From positions 46,996 to 110,995 of the forward strand of contig JBAYIS010000004.1 of the NCBI GenBank assembly GCA_041665525.1: a DNA stretch of 64,000 nt. Reading direction: 5' to 3'. This stretch comes from Bacteroidota bacterium (lineage in GTDB: Bacteria; Bacteroidota; Ignavibacteria; UBA10030; UBA8401). Shown in pieces: positions 46,302-56,626 of the stretch (positions are counted from its first letter, which is position 1; the number at the start of each line of letters is the position of its first letter). The notes beneath the pieces were generated by a model that saw only the letters and a list, made by a program, of their open reading frames with translations, ran no database searches and was not told the origin of the DNA. Position numbers and translations under genes: made by a program.

Positions 46302-47300
46302 TTGCAGCGGGGATGTTCTTTTCTTGTCGGAGATTACTGTATGAACTCTACACTTAAAAATATCTTTGTGAATCCGGAATTGGATTACCTGCGCTCCGGT
46401 TGGCGCATCGGCATCTTTTTCCTGATTACCGCAATGTGTACTACCGTCATTACCGAGCCGGTCGTGAAACTTTTAAAGATGATTCCCGGATTACCGATGG
46501 AAGTCGCCGGGACATTCATTTTTTATCTGACGACCACTCTTGCCGTTTGGCTGGTCCTTCGCTTTGTTGATAAGCGCCCGTTTAAATCTATTGGTGTAAC
46601 GTTCGCTTCCGGATGGGGAAAACAACTTTTCCAGGGATTCCTTTTCGGTTCAGGAATGTTGACCGTCATTTTTGTGATTGAATATTCGACAGGAATGGTA
46701 GTCATTGAATTCAGGGGAGTAAACATGGTGGAGGGTTCTATCATATTCCTGAATAGTATATTACTTTATACGTTTGTCGGGTATGGAGAAGAATTTCTCT
46801 TCAGAGGATATTTCTATCAGACCTTCATCGAAGGCTCGAGCTCTCTCATTGCCACATTGACCATTTCCCTGGTGTTTGCACTGGCGCACAGTCAAAATCC
46901 CAACGTCTCCCTTTTCGGATTGATCAACGTCGGATTGGCAGGTATTTGGTTCTCCATTGCATATCTCAAAACGAAAGCGCTCTGGCTACCCATTGGACTG
47001 CATATTTCCTGGAATTTCTTTCAGGGATTTGTCTATTCCTATCCTGTCAGCGGCACAACATCCGAAAGGGTGCAGATTGGCACGGCGATCGTTAATGGCC
47101 CCGAATGGCTGACCGGAGGGACATTTGGACCGGAAGGAGGAGCGCTGGCAACTTTAATGCTTATCATCGGGACGTTTCTGATATATCGATGGGATTGGGT
47201 GTCGGCGTCAGGAAACGCATGGAGCGTTGAACAATGGCGTGAAGAGCGAAAACAACAAATCGCACTCCGGATGCCGGAACCAGTGCAAACCAATCAGTGA
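46302..47300 (+). CDS. CPBP-family (CAAX) intramembrane metalloprotease
   Basis: EEFLFRGYF motif 1 and FALAHSQN motif 2. Multi-TM protein. Confidence 0.75.
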   Translation: MQRGCSFLVGDYCMNSTLKNIFVNPELDYLRSGWRIGIFFLITAMCTTVITEPVVKLLKMIPGLPMEVAGTFIFYLTTTLAVWLVLRFVDKRPFKSIGVTFASGWGKQLFQGFLFGSGMLTVIFVIEYSTGMVVIEFRGVNMVEGSIIFLNSILLYTFVGYGEEFLFRGYFYQTFIEGSSSLIATLTISLVFALAHSQNPNVSLFGLINVGLAGIWFSIAYLKTKALWLPIGLHISWNFFQGFVYSYPVSGTTSERVQIGTAIVNGPEWLTGGTFGPEGGALATLMLIIGTFLIYRWDWVSASGNAWSVEQWREERKQQIALRMPEPVQTNQ

Positions 47301-47308
47301 GACAGTAG

Positions 47309-48448
47309 TTGCGCGCCATCATCCTTATCATTCTCTTCACCTCTGCCGCATCATCACAGTGGATCACATCGCCGGAATTTGATGCACAGGCAAAACGTGG
47401 TATCGCCGCTGTGTATAATCTGGAATTTGAAAAAGCTCAGGGTGAATTCTCCTCTCTTGCTAAAGACTATCCCTCCTACCCGGCAGGAATTTTTTTTCTG
47501 GCAATGATCGACTGGTGGAAAATCCTGATGACCATCGATGATGAATCATACGATGATGCTTTTATTGGTAAAATGGACGAAGTCATCGATCTGTGCGACA
47601 GTTTGTTGGATGTGAATGAGAATGATGTGGGAGCGCTCTTTTTTAAAGGCGGCGCACTGGGATTCCAAGGCCGCCTGCGAGCGAACCGCAGCAGTTGGAT
47701 TAAAGCGGCTAACGACGGACGGCTCGCATTGCCAATTGTTCAAAAGGCATATACACTCGCTCCTGATAATTACGATATCCTTCTCGGGATCGGCATCTAT
47801 AATTATTATGCATCGACCATTCCAGAGAAATATCCGATCGTGAAACCGGTGATGGTGTTCTTTCCAACCGGTAATAAACAAAAGGGGATTGAACAGCTCA
47901 CACTGGCGTCCGAGCATGCAAAGTTTGCTGCTCTGGAATCGAAATACTTCCTGCTGCAATTGAATTATAATTACGAAAGGCAGTATAGTAAAGCATACGA
48001 GCTTTCCACCTCGCTGTTCAAGCAGTTCCCGAACAATGTCGTTTTCCACCGGTACGTCGGCCGCAGTTCGTTCTCTTTGACGAAATACGGAGAATCGCAA
48101 TCAGCTTTTCAGGAGATCCTGAGACGATGTGAAAGTGCGCAGCGCGGATATTCCAATATTGCAAAACGGGAGGCGCTGTACTATCTCGGTTTAATCGCCA
48201 TGACGATGGAGCAATATGAACAGGCATTACAGTATTTCTATCAATGCGATGAACTCTGCCGGATCGTCGATAAAGACGATGATTCCGGATTTATGGTCAT
48301 GACGAATTTGAGGATCGGAATGGTCTTTGATGTGCAAAAGAAACGAAATTATGCTATACTGCAGTATCAAAAGGTCCAGCGCTTGAAAAAGTTCGAGAAT
48401 TCACATGAACTGGCATCACAATATCTGAAGGCTCCATTTATCCCATGA
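47309..48448 (+). CDS. Hypothetical secreted TPR-like protein (TTG start as listed)
   Basis: Signal peptide. Helical-repeat character. No catalytic motifs. Confidence 0.4.
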   Translation: MRAIILIILFTSAASSQWITSPEFDAQAKRGIAAVYNLEFEKAQGEFSSLAKDYPSYPAGIFFLAMIDWWKILMTIDDESYDDAFIGKMDEVIDLCDSLLDVNENDVGALFFKGGALGFQGRLRANRSSWIKAANDGRLALPIVQKAYTLAPDNYDILLGIGIYNYYASTIPEKYPIVKPVMVFFPTGNKQKGIEQLTLASEHAKFAALESKYFLLQLNYNYERQYSKAYELSTSLFKQFPNNVVFHRYVGRSSFSLTKYGESQSAFQEILRRCESAQRGYSNIAKREALYYLGLIAMTMEQYEQALQYFYQCDELCRIVDKDDDSGFMVMTNLRIGMVFDVQKKRNYAILQYQKVQRLKKFENSHELASQYLKAPFIP

Positions 48449-49203
48449 ACGATATATCTTTCTTTATCATTTTAGCAGGAATTGTAGCGGGAGGTGCCGA
48501 AATTCTCGGCGGTGCGTTTGTTGCATGGCAGCGGGAGCTGTCGAAACGAATTCAGGAAAATCTGATCGCTCTTGGTGCCGGATTCCTGTTGGCATTGGTC
48601 ATGATCGACCTTCTGCCGGAAAGTATCGAAAACATCGGCAATTCCGCACCGTTGTGGATGCTGTTCGGATTCAGTGTAATCCATTTCGTCGAACATACCG
48701 TTGTAAAGCATCTGCACTTTGGCGAAGAAACGCATTCCCATGTAATGGTCTCCAAGATTGCCAGCACGTCGGCCTTTTGGGGATTGTTCATCCATGCGTT
48801 TTTTGACGGGTTGGCGATTTCCTCAGGAATGTACTATGATCTGCCTCTCGGCATTCTGATTTTCATAGCCATTTTGCTGCACAAATTTCCTGAAGGATTG
48901 ACAATCGCTTCCATCATGCTCGCGTCCAACCAATCACGAAGAACAGCGGTGAAAGCCACGGCAGGCATTGCCGGCGGCACAATGATCGGAACCTTTATGA
49001 TTTTCTTCCTGCAGAATATGGATCAGCAGATCACAGGTTTTGCATTTGCATTCTCTGCAGGAGCGGCACTGTATGTTAGCGCAAGCGATTTGATTCCGGA
49101 GATCAACCGTTCGGACAATAGGATCCTTTCACTTGTCGTTTTTGTCGGAATGGTGATGTATTATGGCAGCGGCGTGCTCCTGAAAGGAATGATCGGACAC
49201 TGA
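48445..49203 (+). CDS. ZIP-family metal transporter (ZupT-like)
   Basis: HKFPEGL and HxxxDG motifs in TM helices. The ORF is 252 aa. Confidence 0.8.
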   Translation: MNDISFFIILAGIVAGGAEILGGAFVAWQRELSKRIQENLIALGAGFLLALVMIDLLPESIENIGNSAPLWMLFGFSVIHFVEHTVVKHLHFGEETHSHVMVSKIASTSAFWGLFIHAFFDGLAISSGMYYDLPLGILIFIAILLHKFPEGLTIASIMLASNQSRRTAVKATAGIAGGTMIGTFMIFFLQNMDQQITGFAFAFSAGAALYVSASDLIPEINRSDNRILSLVVFVGMVMYYGSGVLLKGMIGH

Positions 49204-49228
49204 ACGCTAAAACTAAGTTAGTAAAAAT

Positions 49229-49262
49229 AAAAATCCCTCGCTGCAATCGAGGGATTTTTATT
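49229..49262. terminator. Bidirectional rho-independent terminator: aaaaa-tccctcg-ctgcaa-tcgaggga-tttttatttttc
   Basis: A GC-rich 8-bp stem flanked by an A-tract and a T-tract, lying between the convergent ZIP gene (+) and the PorQ-like gene (-). Confidence 0.7.
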
Positions 49263-49284
49263 TTTCAAATGAAATAAGAAGGGA

Positions 49285-50232
49285 TTACACATCCAACGCA
49301 ATAGTGAATCTGCTGATATTGCCGATCTCACCATAGGAGTTGTAACTGTAATCAAGCCTGAGGGTCTTCAACACAAGTCCGCCGCCGAAGGAGAAACCCG
49401 TCATGCCGGCCGAGGTGCCGATCTTCAGTTCTTTTCGCCGTTCATTGTTATAACCGAACCTGAACCGGAGCGTTTTGCTGAGTGTGAATTCGCCGCCAAT
49501 AGTAAACGATGTGAATTTGTCCAGGAACGAATTCTGTTCTTCGTTCAATTTATGGAAGTTTACATTCAGATGAAGCGGAAGATGCTGCGGTTTGATCGTG
49601 CCGCCGATCGTTATATCCAGAGGAAGTGATTCTATCGTGGTTCCGTATGCATCGACCTGAGTTCCGAGATTAGAGATGACAACACCGAGAGTGATAGGAT
49701 CATCTCCGGAAATTAGATATAGTAATCCTAGATCCGCAGCAAACGCTGAAGAACTTGCTTCAGCGATGGACGAGTGAATATATTTTCCAGTGACGCCGTA
49801 ATACAGATTCTCTTCCAGCGGATTGGCCAGCGAAATGGATGCAGCCAGGTCACCGGCTGAAAATGTTCCCAATTTATTTGCAAGAACATCGGTCTGATCG
49901 AATATACCGTAGTCGACATAATTAACCCCGATGCCTACCACGCCAAGATCTTGAATCTCCTGAGTGTATGCTGCAAATCCGGCGTTGATATCCAACAGAT
50001 GGCTGGTATAGCCAAAAGCGGCGACCGGGGTGAGGGATGTGCCAATGCTGGCGGGATTATAAAAGATCCCCGCAGGATCCCCGCTCATCGAGACGAAACT
50101 GCCGGCCATTGCCGCAGCGCGGGCACTAACGTCATTCTGCAGGAATTGATACGTCGGCCTGTCTCCTGCATGAAGTGAAACGGTTATCAGAATCCATGAA
50201 AAGATGTTGCGAATGAAGTTCAAGCGCTTCAT
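49285..50232 (-). CDS. Outer-membrane beta-barrel protein, PorQ-like (candidate T9SS component)
   Basis: Signal peptide MKRLNFIRNIFSWILITVSLHA. YQFLQNDVSARAAAMAGSFVS resembles the PorQ N-terminal signature (Y-x-FL...SAR-x-AAxGG). Aromatic C-terminus. The size fits. Confidence 0.45.
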   Translation of the reverse strand: MKRLNFIRNIFSWILITVSLHAGDRPTYQFLQNDVSARAAAMAGSFVSMSGDPAGIFYNPASIGTSLTPVAAFGYTSHLLDINAGFAAYTQEIQDLGVVGIGVNYVDYGIFDQTDVLANKLGTFSAGDLAASISLANPLEENLYYGVTGKYIHSSIAEASSSAFAADLGLLYLISGDDPITLGVVISNLGTQVDAYGTTIESLPLDITIGGTIKPQHLPLHLNVNFHKLNEEQNSFLDKFTSFTIGGEFTLSKTLRFRFGYNNERRKELKIGTSAGMTGFSFGGGLVLKTLRLDYSYNSYGEIGNISRFTIALDV

Positions 50233-50397
50233 TATTCCTCCATAATGCAGTGATCGGAATGTTCTAATAGTGTACGGCAACGCAAAATGTTATTGTGTAC
50301 GGAATTAGTAGCAATCGATCATGAATCCAATGTAATTATCTGCCGATTGAAATTCAATATTTTTATCTCAAAGGAATTATTCCTATACTTGAACTGT

Positions 50398-52071
50398 ATG
50401 AAGAACGTTTTGTCCCGCTTTCTTTCCTTAATTGTGCTCGCCGGCTGTGCCGGTCAGCGGCCGCCCGAGGGCGGACCGGTCGATACCGTGCCGCCGGAGA
50501 TTATTTCCGTGTTTCCGCAGCCGAATACCGTCAATTTTTCCGAACAGAGCATCCTTCTGGAATTCAATGAATATGTCGATCGTCGATCTACGGAAGAAGC
50601 TATTTTTATATCTCCCGCGATTGAGGAGAAGGAATTCGAATGGAGCGGAACAGAACTGGAAATTACGCTCAATGAAGAACTTCGAAAGAACACCACCTAT
50701 GTTGTCACCGTTGGTACGGATGTCATTGATATTCGTGCCAGAAATAGAATGGCGAATTCATTTACATTATCCTTCTCCACCGGACCAAAGATTGATAACG
50801 GCGCCATCGTAGGGAAAGTCTTTGATGAAAAATCGGAAGGTGTGATGATTTTTTCCTACCGAATAGACAATATATTGGCAGATACACTGAATCCGGCCGT
50901 TACAAAACCGGATTATCTGACACAGACAGGCAAGGATGGTGAATTTTTATTAAAGAATCTCGCTTCGGGAAAGTACCGAGTCTTTGCGATTCGTGATGAG
51001 TACCGGAATCTGCTATATGATCCGGAAACGGATGATGCCGGGACGACTGACGATATCATACTAACAGAGAACGATACACTGAAATCCGGTATAGCATTCA
51101 CGGTTGCGAAAAAGGATACCACACCGCCGCGACTGTCTTCGGTCCAGGCGCCGGATGATCATCACGTGACGATTCTGTTTAGTGAACCGATGGACACGGC
51201 ATCTGTCCGATTGAACAACTTTATTGTCAGCGACACATTATTCCAGCGCTCGCTTCCTCTGCGTCAACTGTTTCCGAACAACGACCTGTTGAACAGTTTT
51301 TCACTTGTTACAGAGAAACAATCGCCGGATGAACGGTATGTTGTGATGGTCCGTTCTGTAACCGACCGTAACGGATTTGTGATTAATCCTCTCGCGAACA
51401 CCAAGCAATTTAACGGTTCCTCCGTCCGGGATACGATTCCGCCGGCGCTCACCGGCACAGTGTTGAAAGATCCTGCGGCAATAATTTTCCCCAATGATCC
51501 TTTCTGGTTTACGTTCAATGATGCACTTCAGCCGCTTCCGGATTCGGCACTGTTGCTGCGCCGGGCGAGGGATAGTTCGTTGATTTCTACCGACGCTTTG
51601 ATGGACAATCCGGCGAAGGTTACACTTGTCCCGACCGTTCCGGTATCCATCAATGAACAATTGCTGTTGACCATCCATTGGAAAAAAATTAAAGATCTTT
51701 TCGGGAATTCGTTGAAGGACAGCGTGACCGGGATGAAATTTATTACCACCGATCCTGAAAATTATGGAAGTATCCAGGGGGCGTTTGCGGGCCTCTCCGC
51801 AACGTCAACGATAATTCAGGCTGAAAATATCAACGACAGGAAACAAGCTGCGCGGAAGGTAAAACCCGGACAGTCAGGAGCGTTTAATTTTTCGCGACTG
51901 CCGGAAGGGCGGTACATACTGAAAGCCTTCGAAGATAACAACGGCAATATGGTGCAGGACGCCGGTACTGTTTTCCCATTCCTTCGAGCGGAACGATTCT
52001 CATTCTATAAAGATACGATCCGGGTCCGTGCCCGCTGGCCGGTCGACGGAGTTCTCTTTAAATCGAACTAG
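50398..52071 (+). CDS. Lipoprotein with Ig-like (SbsA/Big-type) domains, hypothetical
   Basis: Lipobox LAGCAG. Repeated beta-rich segments. No enzyme motifs. Confidence 0.45.
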   Translation: MKNVLSRFLSLIVLAGCAGQRPPEGGPVDTVPPEIISVFPQPNTVNFSEQSILLEFNEYVDRRSTEEAIFISPAIEEKEFEWSGTELEITLNEELRKNTTYVVTVGTDVIDIRARNRMANSFTLSFSTGPKIDNGAIVGKVFDEKSEGVMIFSYRIDNILADTLNPAVTKPDYLTQTGKDGEFLLKNLASGKYRVFAIRDEYRNLLYDPETDDAGTTDDIILTENDTLKSGIAFTVAKKDTTPPRLSSVQAPDDHHVTILFSEPMDTASVRLNNFIVSDTLFQRSLPLRQLFPNNDLLNSFSLVTEKQSPDERYVVMVRSVTDRNGFVINPLANTKQFNGSSVRDTIPPALTGTVLKDPAAIIFPNDPFWFTFNDALQPLPDSALLLRRARDSSLISTDALMDNPAKVTLVPTVPVSINEQLLLTIHWKKIKDLFGNSLKDSVTGMKFITTDPENYGSIQGAFAGLSATSTIIQAENINDRKQAARKVKPGQSGAFNFSRLPEGRYILKAFEDNNGNMVQDAGTVFPFLRAERFSFYKDTIRVRARWPVDGVLFKSN

Positions 52072-52201
52072 TGCCGATTCTACAAAGGAATCTTGCATTC
52101 ATCTCTCAAATGCTTCAACTCCCCATCTGATTGACATCATTCGAGACGTTGCTCCATGTGACTATGAATAAATACAATCCAAAGAATTGGACAACACTAG
52201 A

Positions 52202-52723
52202 TTAATCGATGACGGATGTGCTGTCAATCGGTGTCGGCAGCGGTGGTTTTGGTGGTTGGTTTTTGATGATCCGGTCCGGCACGATCCATGCCTTTCTAAA
52301 TCCCTGTTCCTGAAACATCTGAAGCAGCGGTTTTGCCTCTGCACGATTCACAAAATCTCCCACGCGTATCTTGTACGTCGGAGCTTCGAACACGAGATAA
52401 ATCCAAAGATCGTGATTTGCCAGCGTCAGCGCATTACGCGTTGTATTTGCCTCGTCAAAATTGTTTGTTGCCAGCAGTTGAATGCGGAATCCCTGCAATG
52501 TTTCCGGCGGCGCAGCTGTCAATTGATCGATAGAGCGGCCGTTCGTTTTGGTGCTGTCATTCCGTTTGAAGAGATACACTTCGGTGTCGTAAAAGGATGG
52601 TTTAAATGACCGTTCGAATGTTCCTAACAGTTCCTTTCGCTGCGTGTATGAAGAATGAGCACCGGAATCGGATTGTGGATAGACAATGCTAGAGAACAGT
52701 ATGATCGAAAAGAATAGTTTCAC
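52202..52723 (-). CDS. SPOR-domain protein
   Basis: C-terminus GFRIQLLATNNFDEANTTRNAL...YKIRVGDFVNRAEAKPLLQMFQEQGF is a SPOR fold signature. Confidence 0.6.
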   Translation of the reverse strand: MKLFFSIILFSSIVYPQSDSGAHSSYTQRKELLGTFERSFKPSFYDTEVYLFKRNDSTKTNGRSIDQLTAAPPETLQGFRIQLLATNNFDEANTTRNALTLANHDLWIYLVFEAPTYKIRVGDFVNRAEAKPLLQMFQEQGFRKAWIVPDRIIKNQPPKPPLPTPIDSTSVID

Positions 52724-52734
52724 GGGTTAAGTGT

Positions 52735-53346
52735 TTATTTGGTCCAATAGGAAACCCAGCAATCCGGGTAATCCTTCGGATATTGGGACTGCAGTTTTTT
52801 CATGAAATTCAGTGCGAGGGATTTTGTGGAGAACGTTCCGATGCAGACGCGTGTGAGGCTGATGGTACTGTCGTACAGCACACGAACAGGAAGAGTAAAT
52901 CGTTGTGCAAGTTGACGTTGATGACGTTTGATATTGCCTTGCTGCCGGAACGCACCGATCTCTACCGTATAGAATTTCTTTGGAGTTGATGCTTTGACAG
53001 AAATGGTGGAAGTCGGCGCCCCCTGTTTCTTTCGGCTCAAAACATCAACGGTGTCTGCCTGCATGGAGAATCGTTGTGCGGATGTATGGGAATTCTGTTT
53101 TGACTTCGGCCGTTGTGCCGGGACGCTTTGTTCAGGCTGTGTCGCCTGAGGCCTCGCCAAAGTATCGAATTCTCCCAGTTCGGTGAGTGAAGAGTCATCC
53201 GTTGCCTGGTCGGAGGAAGAGCATCCGGCCAGTACTCCCGCAAGAGCGGCGATAATAACAAATTGGACGAGGGGTTTAATATTTTGCTCCTGCTGTTCCG
53301 ATATTCTCGATCGGGTGCCACGTTGTTTTGATTTCCTGGAGATCAA
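52735..53346 (-). CDS. SPOR-domain membrane-anchored protein
   Basis: C-terminus YTVEIGAFRQQGNIKRHQRQL...IGTFSTKSLALNFMKKL. TM anchor near the N-terminus. Confidence 0.55.
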   Translation of the reverse strand: MISRKSKQRGTRSRISEQQEQNIKPLVQFVIIAALAGVLAGCSSSDQATDDSSLTELGEFDTLARPQATQPEQSVPAQRPKSKQNSHTSAQRFSMQADTVDVLSRKKQGAPTSTISVKASTPKKFYTVEIGAFRQQGNIKRHQRQLAQRFTLPVRVLYDSTISLTRVCIGTFSTKSLALNFMKKLQSQYPKDYPDCWVSYWTK

Positions 53347-54157
53347 GGATCATGTACGGATGTTCATTTTCTTGGCGCGACCAATCCTTTTCCCACACAT
53401 AGTTCCGTTTCACATTGAGCGCCGATTGCTGTGCGATCGTTTTCTTTTCCTCTTCATTGTTTCTGCAATAGATGACTGCGTTGACATCCATATGACTGGA
53501 AAAATGTTCGTGCAGCTCTTTGCTGGTCCCTGTTAGAATGTTAACCACTCCGCCGGGGAGGTCCGATGTAGCAAGTACCTCGGCAAACGTAACAGCGCAC
53601 AGCGGCTTCTGTTCCGATGCGAGGACGACACAGGTATTACCGCCGGCAATACACGGTGCAATCACCGAGATTAGTCCGAGAAGGGATTGTTCTTCCGGGG
53701 CGATGATGGCAACGACGCCGGTCGGCTCCGGCACCGAAAAGTTGAAATGGGACGATGCAACAGGATTCACCGTGCCGAACAGTTGTTGATACTTGTCGCA
53801 CCATCCGCTGTAATAGACAAGCCGGTCGATGGCGGCGGTAACCTCGCCGGCTGCGGATTTCCGTGAACTGCCCTGTAGGACTAGCTCGTCGATAAATTGG
53901 ACTTTCCGTCCTTCCATCATCTCTGCAATGCGATAGAGAATCTGCCCCCGATTAAATGCAGCACGGCTAGACCATCCGCCGAAGGCATTGCGGGCGGCAA
54001 CAACTGCGTTCCGGAAATCCTTGCGCGAGGAGAGACAAATGTTGGCGACCGGTTGTTTCTTTTTGTTGGTCAATGGATAGAATCTTCCGCTTTCCGTGCG
54101 GGGGAATTGGCCGCCGATATAGATCTTATATGTTTTCAATATTTCTACGCGGGACAT
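53276..54157 (-). CDS. Truncated, degenerate aldehyde-dehydrogenase-like protein (293 aa) with no catalytic C-terminal half
   Basis: It has the ALDH N-terminal pattern (KIYIGGQF...GWCDKY...GNTCVV...LPGGVVNILTG). The PWNFP box is replaced by IIAPEE. There is no ELGGK, catalytic Cys or EEIFGP region. Confidence 0.5.
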   Translation of the reverse strand: MSRVEILKTYKIYIGGQFPRTESGRFYPLTNKKKQPVANICLSSRKDFRNAVVAARNAFGGWSSRAAFNRGQILYRIAEMMEGRKVQFIDELVLQGSSRKSAAGEVTAAIDRLVYYSGWCDKYQQLFGTVNPVASSHFNFSVPEPTGVVAIIAPEEQSLLGLISVIAPCIAGGNTCVVLASEQKPLCAVTFAEVLATSDLPGGVVNILTGTSKELHEHFSSHMDVNAVIYCRNNEEEKKTIAQQSALNVKRNYVWEKDWSRQENEHPYMILDLQEIKTTWHPIENIGTAGAKY

Positions 54158-54174
54158 AATTGTCTTCCGAATAA

Positions 54175-55665
54175 TTATAATTGTAAGTAGGGGAGAAGGC
54201 CGTGCAGTCCCCCTTCACGTCCGTATCCGCTCTCCTTATAACCGCCGAACGGAGAGGTAGGATCAAATTTGTTGTAGGTGTTTGCCCAAACTACGCCGGC
54301 TCTCATCTTTGTCGTCAGATTGAAGATCTTTGAACCTTTATCTGTCCAGACGCCGGCGGAGAGTCCATAAGGAATGTTGTTGGCTTTTTCGATTGCTTCT
54401 TCCACGGTGCGGAATGTTTGTACCGCAAGTACGGGTCCGAAGATCTCTTCCTGAACAAGCCGATGCGATTGAGAGGTATTCAAAAACAGTGTCGGCTTAC
54501 AGAAGTATCCTTTGGACGGGAGTGTGCAGGAACTTTCGTAGAGTTCAGCTCCTTCATTGATACCGATAGTAATATACTCGCGAATCTTCTGCAACTGTTC
54601 TTTCGAGTTGATCGCACCGATATCGGTATTCTTGTCCATCGGATCACCGACGATGAGTGTTTCCATCCGGTCCTTCAGTTTTTTGATAACGATATCAGCG
54701 ACACCTTCCTGAACCAATAATCTGGATCCTGCACAGCACACGTGTCCCTGGTTGTAAAAGATACCATTGACAATTCCTTCAACTGCTTGATCAATCGGTG
54801 CATCATCGAACACAATATTTGCCGCCTTCCCGCCTAACTCAAGTGTCGCTTTCTTTCCGGTTCCCGCGATCGCTTTTTGGATAATTTTCCCCACGTCGGT
54901 ACTGCCGGTAAACGCCACTTTGTTTACTTTCGGGTGATTCACAATGGCGGCACCGGTTTTCCCAAATCCGGTAACAATATTGACGACTCCATCCGGCAGT
55001 CCGCTCTCGGCGATAAGTTCGGCGAGTTTTAATGCGGTTAATGATGTCGACTCGGCCGGTTTCAAAACAACGGTGTTGCCGGTGGCAAGGGCAGGGGCGA
55101 TCTTCCATGCTGCCATGAGCAATGGAAAATTCCACGGAATAATCTGTCCGGCAACGCCGACCGGTTGAGGTCTGCGATTGGGGAATGCATATTCGAGCTT
55201 GTCTGCCCAGCCGGCATAATAAAAGAAATGGTTTGCGGCGAGGGGGATGTCAATATCACGCGATTCCCGTATTGGTTTACCGCCATCCATTGTTTCGATG
55301 ACGGCAAATTCACGGGCACGCTCCTGGATCATTCTTGCAATACGATAGATGTATTTTGCCCGTTCCTTCCCGGGCATTTTTCCCCAGACAGCGGTTGATG
55401 CTTTTGCAGCGGAAGACACTGCATCGTCCACATCCTTTTCATCTGCTTCGGCAATTTCGGCGATTTTTTCCTCAGTGGCAGGATTGATCGTCGGAAAATA
55501 TTTTTTACTGTGCGGCTGGACGAATTCGCCGTTGATAAACAGTCCGTATTGTTTTTTTAAATGGATATGGTCTTTGCTTTCCGGTGCAGGAGCATAGGTC
55601 CAATCGTTGAAGAATTTCAACGATGTTCCTTCGGCGTCGATTGATTCTGTTTTATTCATAGTCAT
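54175..55665 (-). CDS. NAD(P)+-dependent aldehyde dehydrogenase
   Basis: All ALDH signature motifs are present: IIPWNFP, GNTVVLKPAE, LELGGK, catalytic VCCAGSR, EEIFGPVL. Confidence 0.9.
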   Translation of the reverse strand: MTMNKTESIDAEGTSLKFFNDWTYAPAPESKDHIHLKKQYGLFINGEFVQPHSKKYFPTINPATEEKIAEIAEADEKDVDDAVSSAAKASTAVWGKMPGKERAKYIYRIARMIQERAREFAVIETMDGGKPIRESRDIDIPLAANHFFYYAGWADKLEYAFPNRRPQPVGVAGQIIPWNFPLLMAAWKIAPALATGNTVVLKPAESTSLTALKLAELIAESGLPDGVVNIVTGFGKTGAAIVNHPKVNKVAFTGSTDVGKIIQKAIAGTGKKATLELGGKAANIVFDDAPIDQAVEGIVNGIFYNQGHVCCAGSRLLVQEGVADIVIKKLKDRMETLIVGDPMDKNTDIGAINSKEQLQKIREYITIGINEGAELYESSCTLPSKGYFCKPTLFLNTSQSHRLVQEEIFGPVLAVQTFRTVEEAIEKANNIPYGLSAGVWTDKGSKIFNLTTKMRAGVVWANTYNKFDPTSPFGGYKESGYGREGGLHGLLPYLQL

Positions 55666-55714
55666 TCATTTTGTTAACAAAAGCAGCTATCTACAGTAAC
55701 ATGAACGGAGCGCA

Positions 55715-56626
55715 TTAATCGATAGAAAAATAGTCTTTTCCTTGATACGAGCCTTTTTGCTCCTTTGCAATCTGCATCAGGATGTCGTTGGCAAGACTGC
55801 TGGCGCCAAAACGGAACCATGTATTACTCATCCAAGCATCGCCAAGAGTTTCGTGGAGCATTACCAGATAATGGACGGCGAGTTTTGCCGTGGAAATGCC
55901 TCCGGCAGGTTTCATCCCGACCATTTTTCCGGTTTTATAATAGTGATCCTTGATCGCTTGCAGCATTACCAGCGTGACCGGCATAGTTGCGGCGGGTTGG
56001 ATTTTCCCTGTGGATGTTTTTATGAAGTCGGCGCCGGCATATATGGCAATATCACTGGCGCGGCGGATATTGTCCAACGTTGACAGCTCACCTGTTTCCA
56101 GTATCACTTTCAACCGTGAAGTACCGCAAGCTTCTTTCACTGCAGAGATCTCATCATACACAAAGCTATAATTCCCTTCCAAAAACTCTCCCCGGGAAAT
56201 GACCATATCGATTTCATCGGCTCCTTCTTCCACGGCAAAACGAACATCGCTAAGTTTCACTTCCCTGGTTGTATTGCCGCTAGGAAATGCCGTTGCAACT
56301 GATGCGACATGTATCCCGGTGCCGGCTAAAGATTGCTTCGCTGTACGGACATGGTTAGGGTAGACACAAACTGCAGCTACATTGGGGAGATTGGGCAGTT
56401 GATCGCACAAGTGGGAAGCTTTGTAGCACATTTGTTTCACTTTCCCCGCGGTATCTTTCCCCTCCAGTGTGGTCAGATCGATCATGCTTAGAGCGAGTTT
56501 CAGCGCCTGCATTTTTGAAGACTTCTTAATGCTGCGGGTGGTAAACCGTGCCACTCGCTCTTCAATACCGACCTGATCAATGACAGGACTCATGCGAAAA
56601 TTCGGTAATTCAATTGTTTTCATCAT
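55715..56626 (-). CDS. deoC: Deoxyribose-phosphate aldolase (long DeoC/DERA form)
   Basis: IDLTTL near the N-terminus. FIKTSTGK Schiff-base lysine motif. AGGI C-terminal motif. Confidence 0.65.
   Translation of the reverse strand: MMKTIELPNFRMSPVIDQVGIEERVARFTTRSIKKSSKMQALKLALSMIDLTTLEGKDTAGKVKQMCYKASHLCDQLPNLPNVAAVCVYPNHVRTAKQSLAGTGIHVASVATAFPSGNTTREVKLSDVRFAVEEGADEIDMVISRGEFLEGNYSFVYDEISAVKEACGTSRLKVILETGELSTLDNIRRASDIAIYAGADFIKTSTGKIQPAATMPVTLVMLQAIKDHYYKTGKMVGMKPAGGISTAKLAVHYLVMLHETLGDAWMSNTWFRFGASSLANDILMQIAKEQKGSYQGKDYFSID

Noticed and set aside
53276-53346. Interpreting the 71-nt ALDH-like/SPOR overlap as a frameshifted longer ALDH pseudogene
   Set aside because: No ALDH catalytic-domain remnants are visible in any frame downstream of 53276. 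The region encodes a coherent SPOR protein instead.
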